The notes beneath the pieces were generated by a model. It did not search any database, was not told the DNA's origin, and worked only from the letters and a program-made list of their open reading frames with translations. Shown piece after piece: positions 44,217-54,014 of a stretch of DNA of 64,000 bases. Within the stretch, counting starts at the first letter, position 1, and each line of letters opens with the position of its first letter. Location: the NCBI GenBank assembly GCA_052035175.1, contig JBPOHV010000001.1, positions 105,569 to 169,568 on the forward strand, in the 5' to 3' direction. The position numbers and the translations under genes were made by a program. This DNA comes from a candidate division WWE3 bacterium. GTDB lineage: Bacteria > Patescibacteriota > WWE3 > UBA101185 > UBA10185.

Positions 44217-45449
44217 ATGAAGCTTTATAAATTACTTTTAGTTAGTGCTTTTTGTATTACTGCCCTGCTTTTCTCAGGGCTTTTTGTGTATGCTGAGGAT
44301 TCCGAAAGCATCGAAGACTTGCAAGAACAAATAGAAAAGTATGAAAAAAAGGTTACTGATTTGCAAAATCAAGTTTCATCTTTGGCAAATGAAATATCCT
44401 CGTTTGATACACAAATTGATTTAACTCAATTAAAGATCCAAAGTACTACAGCAAAGATTTCACAAAAAGAAAACGATATTACAAAATTGTCTGAAGACAT
44501 TTTGGGATTAAAAGATCGTATAGCAAAATTGGAAGAGTCAATTTCATTTCAACAAAACGTATTGAACCAGCGTATAAGAGAAAGATATAAATCACGTGAA
44601 ACCTCAGCACTTGTCGTATTTTTTGGATCATCAACATTCAATAATTTAGTGCATAAAACCGAATATCTACAAGTTCTAGAAGCACAAGATAATAGATTGA
44701 TACAAGATATGCGTAATACAAAAGAAGCATATGATCAGCAAAAGACTTTATTTGAACAAAAGAAAACCGAAGCCGAAGATTTGAAAGCAGATCTTGAAGA
44801 TGAAAAAGCAAATCTCGATTATTATAACAACCAGTTACAAGATCAAAAAAATCAAAAAGAAAAATTATTGGAAGTAACTCAAAATGATGAATCTAAATAT
44901 CAAGAGTTGCTAGAAGATGCGCGCAGAGAGTTGACACAAATAACAGGTGCAGTTTCTGCATTAATCGGTCAAGATGGTGAAGAAGTAAATCAAGGTGAGG
45001 TGATAGGCTATCAAGGTAATAGCGGTTTTTCTTCTGGTGAGCATTTGCATTTTGGCGTTTACAGATACTCTTCTTTCGAAGAAATTGATGGTTGGAATTG
45101 GTATTACTCAAATTATGTTGACCCTGCCAAGAAGCTAAAGAATAAATCTGTATATTGGAATGATGGGTGCAGTTCTTCTGGAAATAAAAACACAGGAAGT
45201 GGAAGCTGGTCGTGGCCTATTTCAAATCCTACAATTTCTCAGGGCTTTGGATATACATGTTGGTCTAATATTTATTATGGTGGCAACCCGCACCCTGCTT
45301 TGGATATGTATGGTTCAGCTGGTACTCCTGTTTATGCCGTTGAGGATGGCACTGCTTATTTTTGTAGAAATTGCTTGGGAGATGGTGGAAATGGTGTCTT
45401 CATTTTCCACGATGACAATTACATGACTTTGTATTGGCATTTAAGATAA
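44217..45449 (+). CDS. M23-family peptidoglycan metalloendopeptidase with an N-terminal coiled coil (EnvC-like architecture).
   Basis: Signal/TM helix; about 230-aa coiled coil; LytM domain with HLHFGVY (HxH) and a conserved GNSGFSSGEHLH motif. Confidence 0.7.
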   Translation: MKLYKLLLVSAFCITALLFSGLFVYAEDSESIEDLQEQIEKYEKKVTDLQNQVSSLANEISSFDTQIDLTQLKIQSTTAKISQKENDITKLSEDILGLKDRIAKLEESISFQQNVLNQRIRERYKSRETSALVVFFGSSTFNNLVHKTEYLQVLEAQDNRLIQDMRNTKEAYDQQKTLFEQKKTEAEDLKADLEDEKANLDYYNNQLQDQKNQKEKLLEVTQNDESKYQELLEDARRELTQITGAVSALIGQDGEEVNQGEVIGYQGNSGFSSGEHLHFGVYRYSSFEEIDGWNWYYSNYVDPAKKLKNKSVYWNDGCSSSGNKNTGSGSWSWPISNPTISQGFGYTCWSNIYYGGNPHPALDMYGSAGTPVYAVEDGTAYFCRNCLGDGGNGVFIFHDDNYMTLYWHLR

Positions 45450-45528
45450 AACTTTGCAATACAGTACATTCTAATCTTACTAGAATATTGTGTATTGAAA
45501 TTTCTTTACAATTTTATAAATTGTTTGT

Positions 45529-46146
45529 GTGCCGAATCCAATTTCTATCTCATTACAAAAGCAGCTAGTAATACACGATGAGATAATATATGTTGACTTA
45601 GCGTGGCAAAAAGACATAGAGCCAAGTTTATTTTCAGTTCGTCCGCTGTGTGAGGGTGCAAATATATTAATACATAATCCTGTTACTGATACTTGGGTAA
45701 ATTCAACAGATGCTTTATCAGATATGCCTCCTTTGCAGCAGCGCATGTATATAAAAGTCTTACACCTAGTGCAAGAAGAAAATCTTTGGTTTGAAATTCG
45801 TAATATAAAAACATCTGAAACTTTTATAACTAATAAAGTGAAAGTTTGGCCTTACGAAGAATTCGCAAAAACTTATTTTACAACTTTGGTATTGCCCCCT
45901 GTTAGTAAACCAACTTCGGTTGAAGTTATTCAAATAATAAATGATGTACCAGCACAACAACAAGCATATAAATGGAACGTTGACCACAAAGCTATGTTTG
46001 TTTCTCTGTGTGTATTTGTTCTTATGCTATTAATCGTGAGAAGATTGATTTATGCTAAAAAACTGGCTGCCAGCAATACTAGTGATGTTTCTTATATTTC
46101 TACTATCATCAACTCCTGGAGAAGCGATAAATTCCGCAGGTCTTGA
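45529..46146 (+). CDS. Hypothetical protein with a C-terminal TM helix.
   Basis: 205-aa ORF. Start uncertain. Overlaps the VanZ-like ORF by about 95 nt in another frame, so one of the two boundaries is likely wrong. Confidence 0.25.
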   Translation: MPNPISISLQKQLVIHDEIIYVDLAWQKDIEPSLFSVRPLCEGANILIHNPVTDTWVNSTDALSDMPPLQQRMYIKVLHLVQEENLWFEIRNIKTSETFITNKVKVWPYEEFAKTYFTTLVLPPVSKPTSVEVIQIINDVPAQQQAYKWNVDHKAMFVSLCVFVLMLLIVRRLIYAKKLAASNTSDVSYISTIINSWRSDKFRRS

Positions 46147-46417
46147 TAATGAAATCTTACATATTAACGGGCATTTTTTGATGTTTTTGTTGCTTAGCAT
46201 TATGTACTTTAAAGCTACTAAGAAGATATTCTATGCCATATTTTTGACATTTCTTTATGGTATATTTGACGAAATTCATCAAGTATTTACCCCGATGAGA
46301 TCTGCTGGAGTTTTTGATGTTTTTGTCGACACATTGGGTGGAATATTGGGTGGAGTAATTATATGGAAAGGATTGTCACATCTACCAAACAAACTGAAGA
46401 GCTGGCTAATGAACTAG
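46052..46417 (+). CDS. VanZ-like family membrane protein.
   Basis: GIFDEIHQVFTPMRSAGVFDVFVDTLGGILG matches the VanZ signature (DE.HQ.F.P.R...D...N). Confidence 0.55.
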   Translation: MLKNWLPAILVMFLIFLLSSTPGEAINSAGLDNEILHINGHFLMFLLLSIMYFKATKKIFYAIFLTFLYGIFDEIHQVFTPMRSAGVFDVFVDTLGGILGGVIIWKGLSHLPNKLKSWLMN

Positions 46418-46821
46418 CAAAAGAACTGCGTCCAAAAGACGTTGTCGCTTTGTATGGTGATTTGGGCAGTGGGAAAACCACTTTTACCAGTTATCTTGTT
46501 AAGGCGTTAGGATTTCATGATAGAGTTCAAAGTCCCACTTTTGTTATATTGCGTATATATTTCGATTGCGTTTTAAATGGTGGTAGTCAACATGCAATAA
46601 AAGAGATTAAGCACTTTGATTTGTATCGATTGCTTGATATTTCTGAGCTAGATGCGTTAGATTTTGAAGCGGTGATAAATGAGCCTGCAGGGATAAGCAT
46701 AATTGAGTGGCCAGAAATAGCTGAAAAATATTTACCAGAGAATGTTATAAAAATTTCATTTGAGTATATAGATGAGGATAAAAGAAAGGTTATTATAAAT
46801 GGCTTGGAAATTATACATTGA
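46363..46821 (+). CDS. tsaE: tRNA threonylcarbamoyladenosine biosynthesis protein TsaE.
   Basis: P-loop YGDLGSGKTTF; SPTFVI motif. Confidence 0.75.
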   Translation: MERIVTSTKQTEELANELAKELRPKDVVALYGDLGSGKTTFTSYLVKALGFHDRVQSPTFVILRIYFDCVLNGGSQHAIKEIKHFDLYRLLDISELDALDFEAVINEPAGISIIEWPEIAEKYLPENVIKISFEYIDEDKRKVIINGLEIIH

Positions 46822-47131
46822 TTCGTCTGATAGAAATATCAGAAAAGTTGTTTTATCAAATACAGAAACTAATGAAACTTTTGAAAAAGTTTCTGAAAAA
46901 GGTGGTATTACAGAACTGATACAAGAGTTATTAGACTTTCATAAAGTTTCTTTGGGAGATATCTCTGAGATAAGTTCCAATCCTGGTCCTGGGTCATTTA
47001 CAGGATTAAAATCTGGAGCTGTCGCTGCCAATGTTCTAAACTGGGTTTTAGGTAAAAAGTCGATCTCAGAATTAGCTCTGCCAGAATATGGTGGTGAACC
47101 AAATATCCATACAAAATCAGATATCAAATAG
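46799..47131 (+). CDS. tsaB: Short-form TsaB (YeaZ)-like protein.
   Basis: LYIDSSDRNIRKVVL N-terminal motif; GPGSFTGLKSGAVAANVL; directly downstream of tsaE. Confidence 0.6.
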   Translation: MAWKLYIDSSDRNIRKVVLSNTETNETFEKVSEKGGITELIQELLDFHKVSLGDISEISSNPGPGSFTGLKSGAVAANVLNWVLGKKSISELALPEYGGEPNIHTKSDIK

Positions 47132-47855
47132 TAACCACTTTTTTTGCTTTAATTAATAAAAACAATGGAAATTCGCTGTATTCTTTTTCTATACCTGGAA
47201 TTTCGACAAAGTTAGTGACTGCAAAATTATTTGTTACTAGTGTTTTGATATATTCAGAAATTGGTCTGTGATAAAAATAAGATTTTACCGAGCCTTTCCC
47301 AGATTTAACATGTGTATCAAGAGGTATTACCTTTGCATTTAAATATCTATCTATGCGACGGTATGTCATTTTTCTTTCTTCATCGATACCCCATCCGCTT
47401 TGTCTTGGTATACGAAATGCTGGATGAAGCATAGCTATGCATACTTCGGCTCCGGGATCAGTTAATTCGTTAACTTCTCCAAGTATTTGATCTAGTGGAT
47501 CCATATCTTGAATGCTCAATAAGAAAATTATCTTATGAAATTTTGTATTTTTAAGGTCTGGCGCAGATGCCATCTTGGCCGCATTGATTTGTAGAAAGTT
47601 TGCTTTTGGATGCAGCTCTTTGGCTTGTTTGATCATTTGTAAACTGTTATCAACGCCAAAATACATGCAGCGTGTTTTACGTATGTTTTCAAATAATATT
47701 CCCGTGCCACACCCAACATCCAAGACCTTATCTTTTTCAGTTAGTTTGAGTAATTCTAGTAAATAAGGCATTACGTAGTGGTGGTGTTTATGCCCGCTTG
47801 TACCAGCCATGCCAGAATACCATTTTGATAATTTGTTCCAATTTGACCTTGCCAT
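47124..47855 (-). CDS. Class I SAM-dependent methyltransferase.
   Basis: Motif I VLDVGCGTGIL; Rossmann-fold methyltransferase of 243 aa. Confidence 0.6.
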   Translation of the reverse strand: MARSNWNKLSKWYSGMAGTSGHKHHHYVMPYLLELLKLTEKDKVLDVGCGTGILFENIRKTRCMYFGVDNSLQMIKQAKELHPKANFLQINAAKMASAPDLKNTKFHKIIFLLSIQDMDPLDQILGEVNELTDPGAEVCIAMLHPAFRIPRQSGWGIDEERKMTYRRIDRYLNAKVIPLDTHVKSGKGSVKSYFYHRPISEYIKTLVTNNFAVTNFVEIPGIEKEYSEFPLFLLIKAKKVVTI

Positions 47856-47891
47856 TTAATATTGTTTTACCATACCCTATAATTATTATAA

Positions 47892-48614
47892 ATGAATCCT
47901 ACTGTAAAGAAAGTTTTATTTGGTTTGTTATTGCTTCCGTTACTGGGTTGGTCACAGATACTAGCTTTTGTAGAGTTATTATTTCTTTTTAGACCTGCTT
48001 TGTGGGTTGAGCAGTTGGTTATATTAACGATTTTTAGCGGGTATTTTATTAGTTTGTTCTGGTACGCGCATTCTCTCGGTAAAAAATATATTCTTTTTAC
48101 AATAGCTTTGATTGTTGTGTTATTTCTGATAGCCGTGACAGCAACATCTTATGAACTTATGAGAAGTATGGCATTTAAGAAAGAGATAGTGTCTAATGCT
48201 AAGCTGTTGTCAAAAGACTTTTCATCTGTTGTGAGTGTGCAAAATATAGGCTTAGTCAAAATACCTCAAACGCAAGCTGATTATAAATTGTCATTTAGTA
48301 TGCCAATGGAGATAAATAAATTACCAAAAGAGCTAAAAGATTATAAAGTAGAAATTTATCAAGGAAATACTCGCGTTATCTTTTACACATTACATATTAA
48401 TGCAGAAAATGCCTCAATATATGGAGCCAACTATGAACTTAAAAGTTTAGAATACTACCAACCTGAAATCGCCATATCTCTGGCTGGTGTTGATTATAGT
48501 TTTAACTATTTTGCTTACGATAAACCGCAAGTTCGAATCAAAATAACCAATATTACGCCGGGTTCATATAACGATGCTGTTTTATATGAAAAGGCTTTGG
48601 AGTTACCCTTGTAG
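47892..48614 (+). CDS. Hypothetical membrane protein.
   Basis: 240 aa with N-terminal TM helices; no motifs. Confidence 0.35.
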   Translation: MNPTVKKVLFGLLLLPLLGWSQILAFVELLFLFRPALWVEQLVILTIFSGYFISLFWYAHSLGKKYILFTIALIVVLFLIAVTATSYELMRSMAFKKEIVSNAKLLSKDFSSVVSVQNIGLVKIPQTQADYKLSFSMPMEINKLPKELKDYKVEIYQGNTRVIFYTLHINAENASIYGANYELKSLEYYQPEIAISLAGVDYSFNYFAYDKPQVRIKITNITPGSYNDAVLYEKALELPL

Positions 48615-48626
48615 TATAATATCCGT

Positions 48627-49589
48627 ATGAAGATTTTGGTTACGGGTGCAGCTGGTTTCATAGGGTCACATTTATCAGAAAAACTTGTTGAGTTGGGTCA
48701 TACGGTAGTAGGTATAGATGCATTTACCGATTATTACCCTGTTATTTTAAAAGAACAAAACGCCAAGCTTTTGGAATCTAAAGGCGTTACTATACATCGC
48801 ATAAATTTGGCAGAAGATGATCTGACAGAAGCAGTTGCCGGTGTAGAATTTGTTTATCATTTGGCAGCACAGCCAGGTATTTCAGAAAAAGTTTCGTTTG
48901 AAGATTATTTGGCAAACAACGTAGTCGCTACGAATCGCTTGATCGAAGCAGTTGAAAATTTACCAAATTTTAAATTTTTTGTGAATATTGCAACATCATC
49001 AATATATGGTTTGGATGCTTGTTATTCAGAAGAAACAGCCCCTGCACCAGCTTCTTATTATGGTGTGACCAAATTAGCAGCAGAACAGTTGGTTTTGGCT
49101 CAACACAGAGACAAAGACTTTCCAGCTTGTTCTTGTAGATTGTATTCTGTATATGGTCCGCGCGAACGACCTGATAAATTATTTCCTTTAGCTATCCGTA
49201 GTGCACTTACAGAATTTAAGTTTAAATATTATGAGGGCAGTGAAGATCATATTCGTAGCTTTACTTATGTTGGAGATATAGTTGATGGGTTGGTATCTGT
49301 CATCGATCATACAGATGTTTGCAATGGGCAAGTATTAAATCTTGGTACAGATAAAACAACAACTACTGGCGATGCGTTACGTATTTTAGAAGAAGTATTG
49401 GGCGAACCTTTGAAATTTGAAAGGTACCCACGAAGGGCAGGGGACCAATATAAAACAGCAGCTATTATCGATAAAGCAAAAAGATTAATTAATTATAATC
49501 CTGCAACAACTATGCACGAAGGTTTTGGTCAAACAAGTATATGGTTTAAAGATAAGATACTGCCACTTATTGCAGAAGGGTCATTATGA
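48627..49589 (+). CDS. NAD-dependent epimerase/dehydratase (UDP-sugar epimerase family).
   Basis: VTGAAGFIGSHL Rossmann motif; YxxxK (YGVTK); 320 aa. Confidence 0.75.
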   Translation: MKILVTGAAGFIGSHLSEKLVELGHTVVGIDAFTDYYPVILKEQNAKLLESKGVTIHRINLAEDDLTEAVAGVEFVYHLAAQPGISEKVSFEDYLANNVVATNRLIEAVENLPNFKFFVNIATSSIYGLDACYSEETAPAPASYYGVTKLAAEQLVLAQHRDKDFPACSCRLYSVYGPRERPDKLFPLAIRSALTEFKFKYYEGSEDHIRSFTYVGDIVDGLVSVIDHTDVCNGQVLNLGTDKTTTTGDALRILEEVLGEPLKFERYPRRAGDQYKTAAIIDKAKRLINYNPATTMHEGFGQTSIWFKDKILPLIAEGSL

Positions 49590-50551
49590 AAAAAGCAGAA
49601 CTAATTTCGATAGTAATTCCTTGTTACAACGAAGAAAAAAATATAAACAGAACTCTAGACGGATTGCTAGATGTTTTGCAATCAAAAGACTTTGAGTATG
49701 AAATAATCGCAGTCAACGATGGTAGCAAAGATAAAACTTGGGATGTAATTTCACACTATGCGCAAACAAAAAAGAATATTAAAGGTATAAACTTTATGTC
49801 AAACTTTGGTCAATCTGCAGCTTATCAAGCCGGATTTGATATGGCAAAAGGCGATTATGTGATTACAGTTTCCGCAGATTTAGAAACTCCGCTTGATTAT
49901 GTTTTGAAAGTAAAAGAACTTTTGGATGAAGGCTACGATGTAGTAAATACAAATCGTATGTCTCGTTGGGAAGCAGACAAAGGAGAGCGACAAGTAAAAA
50001 GTAATTATGCAAATATGTTGATAGCAAAAATTTCTGGTGTTGATATAAAAGATCGAGGTTCAGGTATGAAAGGTTTTAGAAAAGTAATTTTGGACAATCT
50101 TCGTTTGTATGGTGAAATGCATAGATTCTTGGTTGATTATGCAAGTGTTTATGGTGCAAAAATTATTGAAATAGATACCGAGTTTAAAGATAGAGATTAT
50201 GGCGAATCTTATTACAAAGGTCACAAACGCACTATAAAAGTTTTGCTCGACTTAGTTACACTAGCATTCTTATTATATTTCGCAAAGAAGCCTTTTACAG
50301 CGATGCCAGGTAGATTATTTGGTTCTACAGGCGCAGTGATTTCGGGTCTTGGCGGTCTGGGTTTATCATATTTGTTTTTATTAAAGCTTATGGGCGAAAG
50401 TATTGGTAACAGACCTTTATTTATGATCTCTGTGTTGATGGTTGTAATGGGAGTGCAGTCTATGATGATGGGAATGATAGGTGAGTTGATGATGCGCAAT
50501 TACTTCGAGTCAGGCAATCGCAAAACTTATACTGTACGAGAAACGGTTTAA
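49586..50551 (+). CDS. GT2 polyprenyl-phosphate glycosyltransferase (DPM1/ArnC-like) with C-terminal TM helices.
   Basis: SIVIPCYNEEKNI N-terminus; DxD (SADLE region); two C-terminal TM helices. Overlaps the epimerase stop by 4 nt. Confidence 0.7.
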   Translation: MKKAELISIVIPCYNEEKNINRTLDGLLDVLQSKDFEYEIIAVNDGSKDKTWDVISHYAQTKKNIKGINFMSNFGQSAAYQAGFDMAKGDYVITVSADLETPLDYVLKVKELLDEGYDVVNTNRMSRWEADKGERQVKSNYANMLIAKISGVDIKDRGSGMKGFRKVILDNLRLYGEMHRFLVDYASVYGAKIIEIDTEFKDRDYGESYYKGHKRTIKVLLDLVTLAFLLYFAKKPFTAMPGRLFGSTGAVISGLGGLGLSYLFLLKLMGESIGNRPLFMISVLMVVMGVQSMMMGMIGELMMRNYFESGNRKTYTVRETV

Positions 50552-50557
50552 TATTAG

Positions 50558-51466
50558 CTAATCGTCCCAAAAATCATTAGCTGCTTTTGATGTCGTTGGT
50601 CTGGTTGTAAATAAAGAACTTAGCCTTGTATCTTCTTCGATTGGTGGTATATCTGGATCTGGTATGGAATTAGTTTGTAATGTGCTAATTGGGTGTGTAT
50701 CTTCTTGAGACTCTTTTAATAATGTATCTAAGTCATGCATTTTTTGTGATGATAGCTTTGAAATAATCTGAGATACTTGCTCTTGGGTAAAGTCTTGTAG
50801 CATTGTTACAGCAAGTTGTGTTGGCATCGCCTCAATACTTTTTGCAACTGTTTCAGGATCAAATTCAGCTTCTTGTTGTTTGCGCCTTTCCTCAGCTTCA
50901 GCGGCTGCTTTTTCTGCTTGTTTTTTAGTCCTCGAGGTCTCTAGAATATTTCTTAATCTCACGTCATCTGGGTGCTCTACAACCTCTTGTGTTAATGGTT
51001 GTGCGATTGTAGTTTCCACTGTTGCCTTTACGCTTTGAACTTCTGGTGCGAGTGTTTGTATTGGATCTGTATCAGAAGTTGCTGTTTTGCGCCCAGCTTC
51101 TCTGAAGCGTCTAGCTTCCGCTGCAACTTCACTTGGTAAACCTGATCTAGCTGTATTTATAAGCGTTCCTATTGTTGATTTATTTGGTGTAGGTTTTGAA
51201 TCAGGAACTCCATCTAATGCCACTATTACTCGATTTATTGTATCTCTAGTAATACCTAGTTGTTTCAGTCTCTCATTGTGTTTTTTTGCTGCAGCTTCCT
51301 CAACGCGTCGGCTAGTTATAATGTTTGCATCGTTTTCTTTGTTCGCGTATTTAGCTGCATTTCGCTTTTTTGTCTCGTCATTTTCTTCATATATTAAATT
51401 AGATGTCTTTTCACTCTCACCTGTGGCAGTGTCTTGCGCTTTGAATGTTATTTCTGTAAATGGCAT
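50558..51466 (-). CDS. Hypothetical charged, low-complexity protein.
   Basis: 302-aa ORF rich in E/K/A/T; no motifs. Confidence 0.35.
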   Translation of the reverse strand: MPFTEITFKAQDTATGESEKTSNLIYEENDETKKRNAAKYANKENDANIITSRRVEEAAAKKHNERLKQLGITRDTINRVIVALDGVPDSKPTPNKSTIGTLINTARSGLPSEVAAEARRFREAGRKTATSDTDPIQTLAPEVQSVKATVETTIAQPLTQEVVEHPDDVRLRNILETSRTKKQAEKAAAEAEERRKQQEAEFDPETVAKSIEAMPTQLAVTMLQDFTQEQVSQIISKLSSQKMHDLDTLLKESQEDTHPISTLQTNSIPDPDIPPIEEDTRLSSLFTTRPTTSKAANDFWDD

Positions 51467-51484
51467 AGTATATTAAGTTTATAG

Positions 51485-52018
51485 CTATTTCAGCTTATCT
51501 GCAAAACTGTTCTCCAATTTTTCTATCTTTGGATGTATCACAAATTTGCAATATGGCTGGTCTTTGTTCTGATCAAAATAGTTTTGATGGTAACTCTCAG
51601 CCTCTATGAAAATATTGTATTTTTCTAGTTGAGTTACAACAGGTTCTACAAACTTCTTATTTGTTGTAAGTTCATTGATATATTCTTGAGCCTCGTTTAA
51701 TTGGTTTTCATCGTGATAAAAAATAACAGACCTGTATTGAGCACCTACATCGTTGCCTTGCTTGTTTACAGTAGTTGGGTCATGAGTTTGAAAAAAGATT
51801 TCTAAAAGTTCTTTGTAAGAAATTATCTCTGAATCAAAAGTCAATTGAATTGCCTCGGCTTCCCCAGTGTTTGCATCGTGAATACTTTTATAATTGGCGT
51901 GTGGATTTGAACCGCCGCAATAACCTGGAATTATAGAGGTGACTCCTTTAATTCTTTTGAATATTGCTTCGGTACACCAAAAGCACCCTCCTGCAAATGT
52001 AGCTAGTTGTTGTGTCAT
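51485..52018 (-). CDS. msrA: Peptide methionine sulfoxide reductase A.
   Basis: Active-site motif FAGGCFWCTEA. Confidence 0.85.
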   Translation of the reverse strand: MTQQLATFAGGCFWCTEAIFKRIKGVTSIIPGYCGGSNPHANYKSIHDANTGEAEAIQLTFDSEIISYKELLEIFFQTHDPTTVNKQGNDVGAQYRSVIFYHDENQLNEAQEYINELTTNKKFVEPVVTQLEKYNIFIEAESYHQNYFDQNKDQPYCKFVIHPKIEKLENSFADKLK

Positions 52019-52206
52019 TTTTGTGGATTTGGAAACTTAACTCTTTGTGTATTCGCGCCTTTTACTTCTGAGGCAGCAGCAAGAGTTTCTCCTAATGGTT
52101 GAAATTTACCCGTATGGATGACTGTAAAATAAGTCCATGCGATTGTGCCGGTTATAATAAAGGCAGAGATGATATACAAGAACGGATGCGTAGATTCTTG
52201 GTGCAT
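52015..52206 (-). CDS. Small hypothetical membrane protein (63 aa), coupled to msrA.
   Basis: Single TM helix; 4-nt overlap with the msrA start. Confidence 0.25.
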   Translation of the reverse strand: MHQESTHPFLYIISAFIITGTIAWTYFTVIHTGKFQPLGETLAAASEVKGANTQRVKFPNPQK

Positions 52207-52232
52207 TGTATAGATGATAGTCTATTATCTAG

Positions 52233-53972
52233 TTATATTGCAAGTGCTTGATATAGATCTTCTAGTTCGAATCCTAGCTTTTTGTAATACTCACGTGTTC
52301 CTATAGATGAAATTACACATATTTTTTTAAATCGATGTTTCTTTGCAATTTCTATCGACTTGGCAATCAACGTTTTTCCAAGGCCCTTATGTTGCGCAGC
52401 TGAATCGTCGGTTTTATCAATTTCGATGCTTTGGCCATATACGTGTACTTCGCGAATAATGGCAGCTTTTTTAAGTTCTTCTATAAAGTTTTGCCTTGTT
52501 GGTAAAGATAGTCTTACAAATCCTGCAATCTTATCTTCTGGTGTTACATATTCTATAAAAAACTCTTTTGAGACTTTTGTAGAGTATTTTGTGATTTTCA
52601 TTTTTAAGTCACTTTGCGCTACTAACTCGCCTTTGATTTCACGAGCGCGTATGTCCATCATTTTACTGTGTTTGAGCTTTAAGCTGTTTTCAACTATTTG
52701 TCTAAAGTTTGTTAATTTATTTCCTACTACTATGTCTGTAGAGGGTATGTCTCTTATGACTCTAGTTAATCGACAATATCTTGGTGTATTCAAAAAGACG
52801 AATTCCAAAACTTTTTGTAAATCTTCTTTGTTATATGGTTTCCATTTTCCAGTATTGTAATATTGCATAAGCTCTGCACTCTCAATAAGTGAACAGGGGT
52901 ATACTTTTAACTCATCGGGTTTTATAGAACTATCGTTAAATAATTTTTTGAAATCATGCATATCTTTTTTTGGTGTTGATCCATACAAATTTGGCATCCA
53001 ATGCGCGTGTATTTTGAACCCAGCTTGACGAAGCATGTTTAATGCATCTCTAGTTTGTTTTACACCATGCCCACGTTTATTTATCTTCAAGACTTTGTCG
53101 TTGAGGCTTTGAATGCCTATTTGCACTTTTGTTGCACCCAGTTTTCGTATGCGCACAATTTCATTGGCGTCTATTTCGTCTGGCCTTGTTTCTATACTTA
53201 ACCCTATGCATCGTGTTTTTGATAATTCATTTTGTTTTTGTACTTCAAACAATTCGTCCCATGTAGCGGTTTCTTTTTTGGCATTACTTAATTTTGTGCT
53301 TAGTCCTTTTGCAATTACCTGGTTATAAGATTTTTCCAAAGATGCTCCTTTAATCTCTTGTAACAAAGTCTCGTCGATAGGCATTTCTTCTGATGGAATT
53401 AAAGTTAATGGTGTTGGAGTCTTACCAAAATCGTTTAAAGCGTCAAAACATCTTTTAATAAACCATATTTGATAATTCTCTGAATAAACTGTCCATGTTC
53501 CGCCCAAAATAATTATTTCAATTTTATCTGTTGGGTGACCAATAGCGTTATAAGCTGCTAGCCGATTGAAAGTTTGGTAGTAGGGATCAAAATGATTTGT
53601 GTATGCGCGTTGCGCACCGGGTTCATCTGAAATATAACTTTTTGGCATGCGTACATCGTTGGGACAAAATATACATTTTCCAGGGCAAGGAAAGGGCTTT
53701 GTTAACAAGGTTACCGGAGTGACTCCTGATAATGTGCGTATGTTTTTCATTTGAAATATTGAGAGGAGATGTTGAGTTTGCATAAGGGACAGTCCTAAAG
53801 TGTCCTTGTTTTTTATAATCATTTCAATAAGCTCGCTCTTTGCAAAAAGCTGACCATTTGATTTGGGATTTCTTGATAGTACCCGCTGAATCTCTTTGTG
53901 ATCGGCTTTTTTGACCTTTGATAAGTTCGAAATAATGTTTTGAAATGTTGCAATATCTGTAGGTTTTTCCAT
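52233..53972 (-). CDS. elp3: Elp3-like tRNA wobble-uridine modification enzyme (radical-SAM domain plus GNAT/KAT domain).
   Basis: PCPGKCIFCP radical-SAM cluster motif; EP..RA..N...DPY.Q and GGTW patterns typical of Elp3; C-terminal GNAT (KIAGFVRLSL...HKGLGKTLI). The track ORF extends to 54026; the MEKPTD start is preferred. Confidence 0.8.
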   Translation of the reverse strand: MEKPTDIATFQNIISNLSKVKKADHKEIQRVLSRNPKSNGQLFAKSELIEMIIKNKDTLGLSLMQTQHLLSIFQMKNIRTLSGVTPVTLLTKPFPCPGKCIFCPNDVRMPKSYISDEPGAQRAYTNHFDPYYQTFNRLAAYNAIGHPTDKIEIIILGGTWTVYSENYQIWFIKRCFDALNDFGKTPTPLTLIPSEEMPIDETLLQEIKGASLEKSYNQVIAKGLSTKLSNAKKETATWDELFEVQKQNELSKTRCIGLSIETRPDEIDANEIVRIRKLGATKVQIGIQSLNDKVLKINKRGHGVKQTRDALNMLRQAGFKIHAHWMPNLYGSTPKKDMHDFKKLFNDSSIKPDELKVYPCSLIESAELMQYYNTGKWKPYNKEDLQKVLEFVFLNTPRYCRLTRVIRDIPSTDIVVGNKLTNFRQIVENSLKLKHSKMMDIRAREIKGELVAQSDLKMKITKYSTKVSKEFFIEYVTPEDKIAGFVRLSLPTRQNFIEELKKAAIIREVHVYGQSIEIDKTDDSAAQHKGLGKTLIAKSIEIAKKHRFKKICVISSIGTREYYKKLGFELEDLYQALAI

Positions 53973-54014
53973 ACTTTGGTCATTATACCAGGGGACAGTT
54001 AAGGACAGTCCTCG

